The notes below the pieces were generated by a model that saw nothing but the letters and a program-made list of their open reading frames with translations, ran no database searches and was not told where the DNA came from. The translations under genes and the position numbers were made by a program. Below are positions 29,934-40,099 of a DNA stretch of 45,580 nucleotides, piece after piece (within the stretch, counting starts at the first letter, position 1; each line of letters starts with the position of its first letter). The stretch comes from an uncultured bacterium (GTDB lineage Bacteria; CSSED10-310; CAZUFC01): assembly GCA_964619725.1 (NCBI GenBank), contig CAZUFC010000067.1, forward strand, positions 1 through 45,580, given 5' to 3'.

Positions 29934-30455
29934 GGGACTGATCAAATAAGGTTTACAAATTGTGATCTCGATATTCAAAAAGAGGGACTGATTAAACTAG
30001 GGTAGTGTCTGTCCACAAACTCGAAGCCCGATTCAAAATTTAATGCTGGACAGCCACTTGGGTTTTTGATCCATAAACGGGCGAATTTTTCTTAAGGCAA
30101 GGAAGGCAGGGATTTGCGAAGTAGGGGGATTGCTTATACGTTGACTGAGCCAATCCGTAGCCTGACGCAATATTTGGGGAAATTCGCCGTTTATGGACAA
30201 AAACTAGGGTAACATTTTTTTCAAAACGTTTTTACAGTTTTTTTTTCGATATAGAGGTCGGCAAAATCGAAATCTCAATCGGAACAATATGATTAGATAT
30301 TCGGAAGAAATGTAACCTCAAAAGAGACTTTTTTGATCAATGCCGGAAAAGGGACTGATCAAATAGGGGTTACAAATTGTGATCTCAATACTCAAAAAGT
30401 ACTTTCGTGCTCAGCGGAGCGGCGCTCGTGTTCGTAATCGTAATCGATCGATTCT
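29934..30455 (+). mobile_element. Cluster of family B elements: stub at 29934, complete copy 29984-30344 with MITE-A, half copy 30351-30455
   Basis: Three GGGACTGAT(C/T)AAA left ends, one TTTTGATCAATGCC right end; 30351-30455 matches 44841-44938. Confidence 0.75.
30005..30204 (+). mobile_element. MITE family A, complete
   Basis: Same TIRs; perfect 7-bp duplication TAGGGTA (29998-30004, 30205-30211). Confidence 0.87.
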
Positions 30456-30656
30456 ATGGAAAAGGCTCTGTTGGATTATTTTTACCTGAACCCGTCGATA
30501 AGGGATGAGGAGGATTTCGAGTCGCTTCGAATCAATGAGGAAGCATTACTGGAGAGGCTGGACAGGGATCGTTTAGAGGAATATTCGTCATTGTTTAATC
30601 AGGGAGAATTGAACAGAAGGATGAAACGTTTTATGAGGCGGTTTGAAAATGCTTGA
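30456..30656 (+). pseudogene. abiEi: C-terminal fragment of an AbiEi-type antitoxin
   Basis: EKALLDYFYL motif at the very start of a 66-aa ORF, where full-length proteins have it internally; stop overlaps the abiEii start; upstream DNA is repeat element. Confidence 0.75.
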
Positions 30657-31425
30657 CATAAGGCATCTTGAATCTTTTTATCCGGTGCGTGAAAGGCGAT
30701 TCAAGAGGAACATATTGCGGGAATACTTGCAATACAAGTTACTGGATAATATTTTTTCAAACCCGGTATCGACCGGTTTATGTTTTATGGGCGGGACATG
30801 TATTCATATCGTGCACGGCAGTCCTCGATTTTCAGAGGATTTGGATTTTGATAATCGTGCGGTATCCCGAGAGCAATTTGAAAAGCTTGTTTTAAAGATA
30901 AAAAAGTCTCTTGAGCTGGAGGGGATTGATGTTGAGGTAAAAAATACATTCACGGGGGAATACCGGGCGAAGTTTCGATTTTCGGAGGTTTTATACCGAA
31001 GCGGATTATCCGGTCATAAGGAAGGAAAAATGATGGTCCGGTTCGACTGCAAGGCGCAGGATTTCGATTACGAGTTTGAGAAGGTGATAATAAACAAGTT
31101 TGATGTATTCCGAAGGATCAATGCGGCGGCGGCGGCCGTTCTGCTTTCACAGAAGTTTTTCTGCGTTTTGAACCGTAGCAGGGTCGTTGGTCGAGATTTT
31201 TTTGATATTATTTATCTGATGGGAAAGACAAAGCCCAACTGGGATTATCTTGATTCAAAAATGGGAATAAAAAGCTCCCGGGAGTTGCTGGAGCGCGTAT
31301 TGTCGAGATGCCGAGGTATAGATATGAATTCATTGTCAAGGGAAATAGAACCTTTCGTGACCAGCGTCCGGGATGCTGAAAAGGTGGTGCATTTCTGCGA
31401 TTATTTAATACAGGAGCTGGGATGA
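30649..31425 (+). CDS. abiEii: AbiEii/AbiGii nucleotidyltransferase toxin (type IV TA)
   Basis: REYLQ, FMGGT, RFSEDLDF, K...R...RDFFD motifs intact; ATG at 30649 overlaps the upstream stop. Confidence 0.92.
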   Translation: MLDIRHLESFYPVRERRFKRNILREYLQYKLLDNIFSNPVSTGLCFMGGTCIHIVHGSPRFSEDLDFDNRAVSREQFEKLVLKIKKSLELEGIDVEVKNTFTGEYRAKFRFSEVLYRSGLSGHKEGKMMVRFDCKAQDFDYEFEKVIINKFDVFRRINAAAAAVLLSQKFFCVLNRSRVVGRDFFDIIYLMGKTKPNWDYLDSKMGIKSSRELLERVLSRCRGIDMNSLSREIEPFVTSVRDAEKVVHFCDYLIQELG

Positions 31426-31620
31426 ACCGCCGGCGCGGAAGGCAATGACTGCGGTAAGCGACCGGGAGGAACAAAAAAATGTATTTTCGTGCGGTGATTC
31501 ATACCCGCCGATAGGCAGCAGTGCGGAAAACCGGATGATATGCGTCAACAGCAAATGATAAAACATCCGGGGGTTTGCTGGAAGGCAATGGTCATCGTTT
31601 GTTTCGATTTCGAGAGCAAC

Positions 31621-31821
31621 TCCGATAGCGACCCCGACCCCGATCCCGATACCGATTGCGATTCCCGATACCGATCCCGATACCGATTGCGGCTCCCGAC
31701 CCTGATACCGATTCCGACCCCGACCCCGATACCGATTGCGACTCCCAATTCCAATTCCGATCCCGATCCCGATCCCGATACCGATCCTGATCCCGATTCC
31801 CGATTCCGGCCCCGATACCGA
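31621..31821. repeat. Hexamer microsatellite (CCGATC/CCGATA/CCGACC/GCGATT), roughly 30 units
   Basis: Seen directly; shorter versions at 231-260, 881-950, 1940-1980 and 19780-19820. Confidence 0.92.
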
Positions 31822-31920
31822 AACAGACTGTCCTTGATAAAAAAACAACGGTGAGTTCGTCAGGCAATTCACAATTTTTATCCGTCAATGTCAGAAGATG
31901 TGAAGGAGGTGAATAAAACG

Positions 31921-32321
31921 CCCCCAACCAGCCCAAAAACAGCCCAACCAAATCCGCCAACCAGCCCAACAACCCAATCTGACTCCCCCAACCAGCCATA
32001 AAGCAACCCAAACCAATCCTCCAACCAGCCACAAGGCAACCCAACCAAATCCCCCAACCAGCCCAACAACAACCCAATCAAATCCCCCCAATCAGCCCAA
32101 AAACAACCCAACCAAATCCCCCAACCAGCCCAACAGCAACCCAATCAAATCCCCCAACCAGCCCAACAGCAACCCAATCAAATTCCCCCAATCAGCCCAA
32201 AAACAACCCAATCTGACTCCCCCAACCAGCCATAAAGCAACCCAAACCAATCCCCCAACCATCCACAAGGCAACCCAACCAAATCCCCCACCCAGCCCAA
32301 CAACAACCCAATCTGACTCCC
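31921..32321. repeat. C/A-rich minisatellite, about 12 units of ~33 bp
   Basis: Consensus CAACCAGCCCAACAACAACCCAAYCAAATCCCC. Confidence 0.92.
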
Positions 32322-32357
32322 CCTCTCCATTCATGGAGAGGGGGCCGGGGGGTGAGG
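32319..32357. repeat. REP-like GC hairpin
   Basis: CCCCCTCTCCAT-TC-ATGGAGAGGGGG followed by CCGGGGGGTGAGG; identical copy at ~19646-19684. Confidence 0.75.
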
Positions 32358-32453
32358 TCGACCCACACCACAATCAAACCCAAAATCCGGATCGAGCGCG
32401 TTAGAAAATGCTGTTCAAGATTACCCCGTTTTGATCAGAGCCCTTTTTACGAT

Positions 32454-34583
32454 TCAATTCCAGGCTACAGCGACAGTATCCACGTATACTTCAGAATCAT
32501 AATATTCCACTATGAATTCCACGTTTTCGGCCCATTTTTTTGAAATTGTTATGGGCAGAATAAAGGTTGATGCTCCTTCTGCCTTGAAATCGGTTCCTAT
32601 GATATCTTTTTCGGCTATTATCGCTGTACCCTGATTTGCCGTCGCTTTTATTGTTATTACTTTTTTATTAGTTTTTTCCTTTATGCGGCATTGGAACTCT
32701 GCGGCGTATTCACCTTTCGGGAGATGGAAGAAGGGACCCTTGAACATGAAGCCTGTTTTTTTTTCTTCGGGTTGTGAGACCCAGGAGTCGCCGTCTTGGG
32801 ATTCATTGTTTTCCCGATTAACGGAGTCTTGTTCGTCGAAGAATTCCTGGGGGATATATAATTTACGGGCGAGGTTTTTATAGGCGCCGGCGTTTATTTT
32901 GATGATTTGTTTGAACCTTTTGAAGCTGAAGACGGGTCCTGCGACTATTGTATTAATTACATCGTATAATTCGGCGTAATGTTGGTCTTTGATTTTGTTT
33001 TCGTTTGACCGGACGGTATCCATGTATCCTGCGGGGATATTTCGTTCGAAGTGTCCGATTCTCCATTTGCCGTTAAGAGAGAGTCTGGCGGGGAGTCTGG
33101 CCAGGAAGGGATCGGCCAGTGCGAACATATCCACAATATGAACGTCCGGACCTGCATAATATGCAATAATGCCCGTGCATTTTTTGCCTTTGACGTAGCT
33201 GTTTTCATTCCCGGAAGCTCTCTGTTTCAGTTTTTTACCTTCATTGACCCAGTCCTGGACGGGATGAACGGAGACTTTAATGGGATCGACGGACATTATC
33301 ATGCCTTTTTTGGATGGAGGTCTTTTTCTGGGTATGGTTCCCCTGTAGGCCCAGGCGCCGTCGGTCATGTCATGGCTGCGTCGCGCTGTAATCAGCCCTG
33401 TTCCTTTGAAGTAGTAACCTCGCTCGTCAGCGATTCCGTTAACGTCGAAATCCTTGTTTTCGTAATCCGCATCGGTTCTGACGGGCGATAAGGGGGAAAG
33501 GAGTCCGATGATGAGGAAAAAAGTTACTGCCGGGACTAGAGTGTTCATCCTGACTTTCCAACGAGCTGCAATTGCTGCAGCGGCAACGATCAGGACAGAC
33601 AAGAAGCGGCCTGACATGAAATCGCCGCCGATGGAAATAATGTATGCCAGGTATAGAACAATGGCTGCGGCGACGGTTTTTTGATCGCCGGAACGTTTCG
33701 TCGCTGCAGCGCAGACGACGGCGAATGTGATGGAGACCAGGGTTATGGGGTCCAGGGTGAGGGAATTAAAGAGGTAGAAAATACCCTGAATGTGAAGTTC
33801 AGCGGCCGGAACGCCTGTGTTTAATTTTGCGTAGGCCGTGTTGGGGAAGGGGAATCCGTAGTAGATGACGGAGAATATTTCCCACAGGATTATGGGGGAA
33901 AAACCGGTCAGGAGAGTTACTGCTGATTTTTTGAATTTGATTTCGCGTGACCTTGCTAGTTTCCAGGCTGCGAATACCAGAGGCGGCAAATATATCAGGG
34001 TATGGTCCAGGCGGTTCAGCATGGCCAGAGATGCTGTCAGGCATAACAGGAAAAAACGCCGTGGCGTTAATTCCGCCCTGAAAAAGATAATCAGAAACAG
34101 GATCAGCAGGAGATGGCTTAGCGGGTTTTCGAGGCCTGAGGTGGAATAATCAATGAAGCTTTTTGACAGAAGCAGCATTACCGCACAGAGAATGACGTTC
34201 AGGTAGGAGCGGCACAATCCGGCGGTCAACAGGCAGAACGCGATCAGCGAAAGAGCCATGGACAGTATCAGGACGGTGAAATATATCTCACGAGTAAAAA
34301 AATAGACTATTGACACGACCAGCATCCACAGCGGATGGGTGTATGCTTGGACTCGTTCGCCGACGTTCCAGGTCAGGCCGCGGCCGTGGATGAAGTTGTC
34401 GGCGGTACGGAAGGTGAAAAATGCATCGTCGCCCATCCAGGCCGTTTTTATCAGCAGAAGTGCGTAGAAGACCAGGAACAGGATGATCAGGATGGATACG
34501 CCGCCACCATCCCCCCGTTCACGGGGGGACAGAGCGGGGGAATTCTCGATATTAGGATTATGTGTGTTTTCACTTTTTTTCAT
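32454..34583 (-). CDS. GT-C membrane glycosyltransferase, AftB-like
   Basis: WMGDDAFFTFR...N...G.GLTWNVGERVQAYTHPLW, TSGLENPL, YYGFPFPNTAYAK, GGDFMSGRF, WRIGHFER; many TM helices. Confidence 0.85.
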   Translation of the reverse strand: MKKSENTHNPNIENSPALSPRERGDGGGVSILIILFLVFYALLLIKTAWMGDDAFFTFRTADNFIHGRGLTWNVGERVQAYTHPLWMLVVSIVYFFTREIYFTVLILSMALSLIAFCLLTAGLCRSYLNVILCAVMLLLSKSFIDYSTSGLENPLSHLLLILFLIIFFRAELTPRRFFLLCLTASLAMLNRLDHTLIYLPPLVFAAWKLARSREIKFKKSAVTLLTGFSPIILWEIFSVIYYGFPFPNTAYAKLNTGVPAAELHIQGIFYLFNSLTLDPITLVSITFAVVCAAATKRSGDQKTVAAAIVLYLAYIISIGGDFMSGRFLSVLIVAAAAIAARWKVRMNTLVPAVTFFLIIGLLSPLSPVRTDADYENKDFDVNGIADERGYYFKGTGLITARRSHDMTDGAWAYRGTIPRKRPPSKKGMIMSVDPIKVSVHPVQDWVNEGKKLKQRASGNENSYVKGKKCTGIIAYYAGPDVHIVDMFALADPFLARLPARLSLNGKWRIGHFERNIPAGYMDTVRSNENKIKDQHYAELYDVINTIVAGPVFSFKRFKQIIKINAGAYKNLARKLYIPQEFFDEQDSVNRENNESQDGDSWVSQPEEKKTGFMFKGPFFHLPKGEYAAEFQCRIKEKTNKKVITIKATANQGTAIIAEKDIIGTDFKAEGASTFILPITISKKWAENVEFIVEYYDSEVYVDTVAVAWN

Positions 34584-34892
34584 AGCTTTAAAATTCGCTC
34601 CGTCTTTTCAGGATTATTTAATAAAAACCCGAAATCTCAAAAAAAAATAAATGTGGTTCTCTGAAAGTGATGATTACCCCCCCTAAATCCCCCCGCAGGC
34701 GGGGGGACTTTAATCTTTGAGTTTCTGTCAATTCATGATAAGTAATTGTGAAATTTTTTACTAAAATACAAAAATCGATCATAACATTTCATAAGAACTC
34801 CATCCTCCCGTTTACGGGGGGACAGTGAGGGGGATTTTCGATATTAGGATTATGTGTGTTTTCACTTTTTTTCATAGCTTCAAAATTCGCTC
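34507..34892. repeat. ~93-bp direct duplication (34507-34600 and 34800-34892) spanning the gene start, with a REP-like hairpin at 34677-34710 between the copies
   Basis: Both copies contain GATATTAGGATTATGTGTGTTTTCACTTTTTTTCATAGCTT.AAAATTCGCTC. Confidence 0.85.
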
Positions 34893-34990
34893 TGGTATTC
34901 TCTGCAATAATCTGAAAAATGTGCAACTCTGATGATGTTGAATTTTGTGATAAGCTCCTGAATCCGGTAAAAGACAGTTATAATACAAAA

Positions 34991-37399
34991 TCATTTTTCC
35001 CTAATCCTTATTTTCAAAAAGACGGCCAGGAACCTGTCATCGGTGGTATTCCAGTCGGCGCTGGGCTGCAGCTCATTTTCCGCCCATATTCTGCAACGAC
35101 AGTAGTGCAGGCCTTTGCGGACGAATGTGTGTTGCGGAGTGAAGCTCATTTTTTTTCTCACCTGGGGCAGGAGTTCCATTTTTCGGGAATCCGTTCCGCA
35201 GGATGCTGCGATGCGGTTTTGGACCAGGCTGTGGGTCTGCCATTCAACGGATTCAATGGGATTTTTCGATTGGATATAAAAATCATGTGTTCCTTTTCCT
35301 GTCCAGAAGCCTTCGGGTTCCTTATCATAGATTCCGTGTTCCATTTTAATAATTTCGAATCCTGCGTCCTGGAAACTGATTACGGCTCTTTTCAGCGGCA
35401 ATGCCCAGTGATTCCATACCATTAAGAGCAGGAAGAAGGCAAGTGCGACGTTTCTGATCGTTGCGGCATTAATTGCGTTTAAGCCTTCTGATTTTTGTCG
35501 GGCGGGATTCTTAGCGGACTTTATAAAGAAAAGAATTAAAAGGAGGAGCAATCCGCATGACCAGATAATGTTGGGCAGCGCCTGTCGACCTTCGCCCATA
35601 ATGAGCGGAAAATAATGCGGCAGATAGGGGGAAAAGGGGAAGGACGCAGCGTCCAGGAATTGAGCGGCGCCTCCTGTCAGGTTGGGATTCAGGGTATGGT
35701 ATATCCATCGTATGTTGGTCAGGTGGAGAAAAGCGATCAGGATGCTAAGGCATGAAAGAATGAGCCAAAGGTATGCTTTTGTCCGGTTCAATCTTTTCAG
35801 GAAATAGATGAATCCGATGCCCAGGAGCGGGAGTCCTGAAATGAGGGGTCTATTGACGGGAGCGTATCCGCCCCAGTTATTGTGATAGGCATAGAGCGAT
35901 ACATGGACGAGGAAGGGGAGGAGGATGAACAGCGTTTTACGGAAATTTGTTTTCAGCGCTGTGCATATGCCCCACAGGGCCGTCAGCCATACGGGAGCGT
36001 AGATGAGCAGCCCCATTCTCTGTTCCAGCAGGACGCCGGCAGCGAACCGGATGATTATGGCGAGACGAATGGGGGCTTCATGGAGCATCTGTGTGAGCGT
36101 TTCCATAATGGAGCGTTCCGGGGGCGGATACACAGCGCCGTAATAGATGATGGAAGGCGAAAATTTGCCGTATATGACGTAGAGCATGGTGAAATAAAGC
36201 GTTAATGAGACGATGCCCGGCATTATAAAAAAGAGATTCTCGACGAGTTCCTTCTTGCTTCTGTTTCTGATGGAAAGGACCAGGAACAACAACAGCAACG
36301 CTCCCATGATGCCGAAGTATTTGACGCCCAGCCAGGGGAGATAGAAGATGAGCATGCCGCAGAGGATGCGCTGTTTTTTGGTCGATTCGTTCCAGGTCAT
36401 GAAATATCTGATGCTTATGACGGCTGTAAGAGCGGCCAGGGTTTCCGGGTATATTTCGTCAGCGTAAAAGAGAAGGGGAATGGTGAAAAAGACGAGAAAA
36501 ACGGCGGCCAAAGCGATTTTTTTATCGCCTGAGAGGAGAACGGCCAGTTTAAAAAACTGTACAGCCAGCAACGCGTATATGATCCCCAGGCATAACCTGA
36601 TGCTGTCGTTGAGGAATTCGCCCGAACCCGTATCGCCGATCAGGTAAAAAGGAACCATCAGAAGCGGCAGTCCCGGACTGTGATGCGGATACAGCTCCCT
36701 GTTTTTGCCGGGATGAGCGAAAATGGGATATTCGGCTGAATGGAATTTTCTGTAGACTTTGTTGCGGTATTCTTTGGCGACCAGGAGGTCATGATCGTAG
36801 GCCAGCGAATGAGCGATAATCATATAGGAAGGTTCGTCGCCGACCGGTTCGCGCACTTCGCCGAAGATACCGAATATTTGAGCGAAGGCGGGTAAGAGTC
36901 CGATCATAAAGACTATGAGGCTCCAGCGTGCGCCGCCTGTTTTTTTCCTGAAGGGGTTGAATTTGACTGCTTGTATTTTTGGCGTTTTGCCTTTTGTGTG
37001 ATTGATGAATTTCAGGACAGAAAAAAGGATGGCGAAAAAGATCTGCGTTCCGTGTATATCATTCAGAAAGCAGCATTCCTGGAAGATGTGCAGTCCCGTG
37101 AGGAGAAAAGGAGAATATATTGAAGAGGAGGCCTCCAGGGAGGATATTAGTTTTTCCTCGTATAGGATGGACAGGATCGCTCCCGTAATGAACCATAATG
37201 TCAGAAATGCAACGGCGGCAATCCGGAAAGCAGGAAATGCAAGGGGAACGACCAATGCCTCTCCTGTGCCGAACTGAGTCGGCGACATCCAATTCGCGCA
37301 AAGGCTGCCGAAGAGGAAAGCGCTTATAACCGGGAGAAGAAAGGTCAACGCTCTTGTCATCGTTGCCCTGGTCTGTTTAATTTTTTGATTTGTTTCCAT
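34991..37399 (-). CDS. GT-C-fold membrane glycosyltransferase-like protein, 802 aa
   Basis: GDEPSY...SLAYDHDL, HSPGLPLL..P.Y, IYPE, GLLIYAP; many TM helices; C-terminal soluble beta-module. Confidence 0.78.
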   Translation of the reverse strand: METNQKIKQTRATMTRALTFLLPVISAFLFGSLCANWMSPTQFGTGEALVVPLAFPAFRIAAVAFLTLWFITGAILSILYEEKLISSLEASSSIYSPFLLTGLHIFQECCFLNDIHGTQIFFAILFSVLKFINHTKGKTPKIQAVKFNPFRKKTGGARWSLIVFMIGLLPAFAQIFGIFGEVREPVGDEPSYMIIAHSLAYDHDLLVAKEYRNKVYRKFHSAEYPIFAHPGKNRELYPHHSPGLPLLMVPFYLIGDTGSGEFLNDSIRLCLGIIYALLAVQFFKLAVLLSGDKKIALAAVFLVFFTIPLLFYADEIYPETLAALTAVISIRYFMTWNESTKKQRILCGMLIFYLPWLGVKYFGIMGALLLLFLVLSIRNRSKKELVENLFFIMPGIVSLTLYFTMLYVIYGKFSPSIIYYGAVYPPPERSIMETLTQMLHEAPIRLAIIIRFAAGVLLEQRMGLLIYAPVWLTALWGICTALKTNFRKTLFILLPFLVHVSLYAYHNNWGGYAPVNRPLISGLPLLGIGFIYFLKRLNRTKAYLWLILSCLSILIAFLHLTNIRWIYHTLNPNLTGGAAQFLDAASFPFSPYLPHYFPLIMGEGRQALPNIIWSCGLLLLLILFFIKSAKNPARQKSEGLNAINAATIRNVALAFFLLLMVWNHWALPLKRAVISFQDAGFEIIKMEHGIYDKEPEGFWTGKGTHDFYIQSKNPIESVEWQTHSLVQNRIAASCGTDSRKMELLPQVRKKMSFTPQHTFVRKGLHYCRCRIWAENELQPSADWNTTDDRFLAVFLKIRIREK

Positions 37400-37764
37400 T
37401 ACGATTCGTCAACGGACCCGCGAGCGGGGGGACTTTACCTGTGAGCGCTGTTTGATTGTCTGATTTCGGCAGTCCCTTATTTTTGATTCCAAGCAGCCTC
37501 TGTTGGGAATCGATGACGGTATCGGCATCGTAATCGTAAATCAAATATACAGAATGAAGCCAATCGAACTCTTGTGTCACGTGTGTGCAATAGTCAGCTT
37601 TGCCAAGGGGGATTTCAGGACAGGGATTTTTTTTGATGGGGCAATTTGTAACAGGCATTTGTTCAGTCCCTTTTCTTTTTCCGTCAAAAACTCAAAAGTC
37701 AAACAAAGAATCATCGCCGTCTCTGTGGTCTTTTCGCCCATCGGGTCCGCCGTCATAACTGGGA

Positions 37765-40098
37765 TTACTCCGGCGCCGCCAATTTGATGATGCGGGGATA
37801 AACGTTTTTAATTACGTTAAGTCGAGACCCGTCTTTGGGGTTCCATACGCCGAGCAGCATTTTCCAGTTTTTTTGGTCGAAAGATTCCGGCGGTATAAAG
37901 TCGATTACTTCCTTGATTTTTTCACCGGCTATAAACCGTGAGGAAGGATATTGTCCGTTCAAAGGGCTGTGGTCCAACTGGAAGTAGCGGGTGTTCATAA
38001 AGGAAAACTTTGAAAGAAGTCTGGCCGTGTGACCCTGGAAGAGTGAAGGACCCGTAAAAATGTGCACGTAGAAGGAATAGTCCTGTTCAACGGGTTTGAT
38101 GCTTTGCCAGTATAACGTCAGCCTTTTTTTGCCGCTTTTGATGTTCACCGGCGGGTCATAACCTGCAAATCTTATCACGTTGTCGAAATTGAACTCATGC
38201 TTCACTTCAGGCGTAAATTTTTCCTGAAGCCGTTCGGTGACGTTTTGAGCTTCCACTTTGCGCCCCAGTTCGGAAAGACAGTGTTCTCTGATCTGGAGGG
38301 GAACGGAATGGGCATCATAGATGTCTTCCGTGTAGGAGAAGTAACGGAGCAAGGTTTCTGCGGGCAAGCGATCAACAGACCGGCTCAGGGCTTCAGTCCG
38401 CAGGATGCCGGATTTTGTAAAGTCCATGCCGTCAAGGCTTCGAAGCGCTTTTTCGCAATCGCCTCCGGGCGCGGATTCCGCCAGTGCGACCAGATATTTC
38501 ACAGTGGGCGAATCAGCCATTGTGTTTGGAAGGCCCTGAAGAAGGTTTCGGCATTTTTCAATGTTGCGGTTCCATTTGAGTTTTTTTTCGGCCAGGTAGA
38601 GGTTGTAGATGACGTCATCAGGTTTTTGCGAATGGATAAAGTCTGAGGTAAAAATGTAGCCTGCGGATTGCTGCATTCTGGCGAACCAGGCGCTCACCGC
38701 CGGGTGTTCCTTCAATTTGGGTTCGATACGTATGCCCAGCGGGCGATGATCTTCCGAACCTGGAATAGTATGGGAAGGAACGTAATTTTTTTCCGCCTTA
38801 ACGCTGAATTTGTAAAGGTATAATCCTTCCGTATCCCTTTCGCTGACGACCACCGGCTCCATGAGTTCGTAAACGGCTTCGTTTCTTTTGATGCGAACCG
38901 TTTTGTCGCCTCCGGCATCGTAGAAATGAGCCTTATTGTCGCCGAGCGAGGTTATTCTTGCCGGCATATTCCGTATCGGCTGCTGAGACCGGAGATATAT
39001 TTCGCTCCTGGTATCGCCCTTGACCCAGAATCCACCGCCGTCAGGCGTGTAAACCTCCATACCGGTGAGATAGAGCCATATTTTGGGTATTGTCGGCAGG
39101 CGAAGCTGGTCGAAGCGGGGATGCAGTTTCGTACGAAGTTTCCGGGCGGCTTCTTCCGGCAGGGTATGAATTTTTTCAGGAAAAATGCGGCAGATAATCT
39201 GATCGGGGTTGAGGTTATCGTTTTCTGCGGAACAGAGACAAACGACATCGCGAGTCGGAAAAGGCAGATTCAGGAGCGCTTCAGCGTATGGTTCGCCTTC
39301 TGCTTCAGCCAGAATCGTATGACCCCGGTCTGTTTCGAGTCGCACGCTGATTTGTTTCGTCCGGCTGTTTTCATCCCAGCATAGTATATGGAATATGCCG
39401 GGCGGAAAGTCCAGGCTTTCAAATTCCAGTACGGCCGCGTTCGATTGATCTTTCGACGCCTGTTTCGCTCCTGTCCACTCCACCGGTTCAAGAGCCTGTT
39501 TACGAGCCCTGCGTTCGTCAATACGGTAGAAATGTCCCCACTGAGAGGGATATTCATGCTCTGTCCTGACGTAATAAGTGAAATCCTTTTCCGCGTAGAG
39601 CCTGACCGAAGGCATGAACCAGGGGACAGAAGACATTATGCCGAAGAAGAAAAAGGGTATATTTCGTAATATGGGATTTGTGCGTGGGAGTTTCAGTTTT
39701 TTCTGGACGGCGCGTATCCACATTACCAGCGTCGTCGTCCAGAGGATAAATTCAATAATGGTTTTTGAAAGGGCGGCATTGAGGAAAACCGGAAAAAAGG
39801 GAATGACGGCTGCGGCGGCCAGCAGAAGAAAGGGGATGTAGACGGAGGTGTCGAATTCTTTCCAACCCGGGCGGGGATCGTTCTTCCGGCGGACCATAAC
39901 GAGCAACGCTGTCAAAGCGACCTGCAAGGTTCCGAAAATAAGGAAAAACAGCAGCGCCGACCTATAGGAACAAAACCTAATCCAGATCGAGCCGTCAATA
40001 TTCATCGCTGCGCTGCATCGCGACCAGCACCACAAAGCTATGGGAAAACCCCAGAAAAAAGATGCGAGCGCGGTTTTGAACTTTTCATATTTTTTCAT
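37765..40098 (-). CDS. Membrane-anchored protein with extracytoplasmic beta-sandwich modules
   Basis: ATG at 40098 coupled to the upstream stop; ~5 N-terminal TMs; GFWVKG...DHRPLG module; C-terminal IRFAGYD...LTLYWQ...YSFYVH...DH.P module. Confidence 0.75.
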   Translation of the reverse strand: MKKYEKFKTALASFFWGFPIALWCWSRCSAAMNIDGSIWIRFCSYRSALLFFLIFGTLQVALTALLVMVRRKNDPRPGWKEFDTSVYIPFLLLAAAAVIPFFPVFLNAALSKTIIEFILWTTTLVMWIRAVQKKLKLPRTNPILRNIPFFFFGIMSSVPWFMPSVRLYAEKDFTYYVRTEHEYPSQWGHFYRIDERRARKQALEPVEWTGAKQASKDQSNAAVLEFESLDFPPGIFHILCWDENSRTKQISVRLETDRGHTILAEAEGEPYAEALLNLPFPTRDVVCLCSAENDNLNPDQIICRIFPEKIHTLPEEAARKLRTKLHPRFDQLRLPTIPKIWLYLTGMEVYTPDGGGFWVKGDTRSEIYLRSQQPIRNMPARITSLGDNKAHFYDAGGDKTVRIKRNEAVYELMEPVVVSERDTEGLYLYKFSVKAEKNYVPSHTIPGSEDHRPLGIRIEPKLKEHPAVSAWFARMQQSAGYIFTSDFIHSQKPDDVIYNLYLAEKKLKWNRNIEKCRNLLQGLPNTMADSPTVKYLVALAESAPGGDCEKALRSLDGMDFTKSGILRTEALSRSVDRLPAETLLRYFSYTEDIYDAHSVPLQIREHCLSELGRKVEAQNVTERLQEKFTPEVKHEFNFDNVIRFAGYDPPVNIKSGKKRLTLYWQSIKPVEQDYSFYVHIFTGPSLFQGHTARLLSKFSFMNTRYFQLDHSPLNGQYPSSRFIAGEKIKEVIDFIPPESFDQKNWKMLLGVWNPKDGSRLNVIKNVYPRIIKLAAPE

Positions 40099-40099
40099 G

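Larger units (their letters stand above)
31584..32443. mobile_element. Large family B composite carrying three repeat modules
   Basis: Degenerate ends GGCAATGGTCA ... TTACCCCGTTTTGATCAGAGCCC; the segment after the hexamers matches 259-300 and 949-990. Confidence 0.55.

Noticed and set aside
31921..32321. Second CRISPR-like or guide array
   Set aside because: Units are contiguous degenerate repeats without unique spacers.
31405..32383. Low-complexity ORFs (GIGIGI, DPDPD, W/G/L-rich)
   Set aside because: Open in several frames on both strands because the satellites lack stops; no RBS or consistent frame.
37377..37787. ORFs 37377-37658 (-) and 37503-37787 (+)
   Set aside because: No recognisable motifs; the first ends in a REP-like remnant. 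A small gene cannot be excluded but is unsupported.
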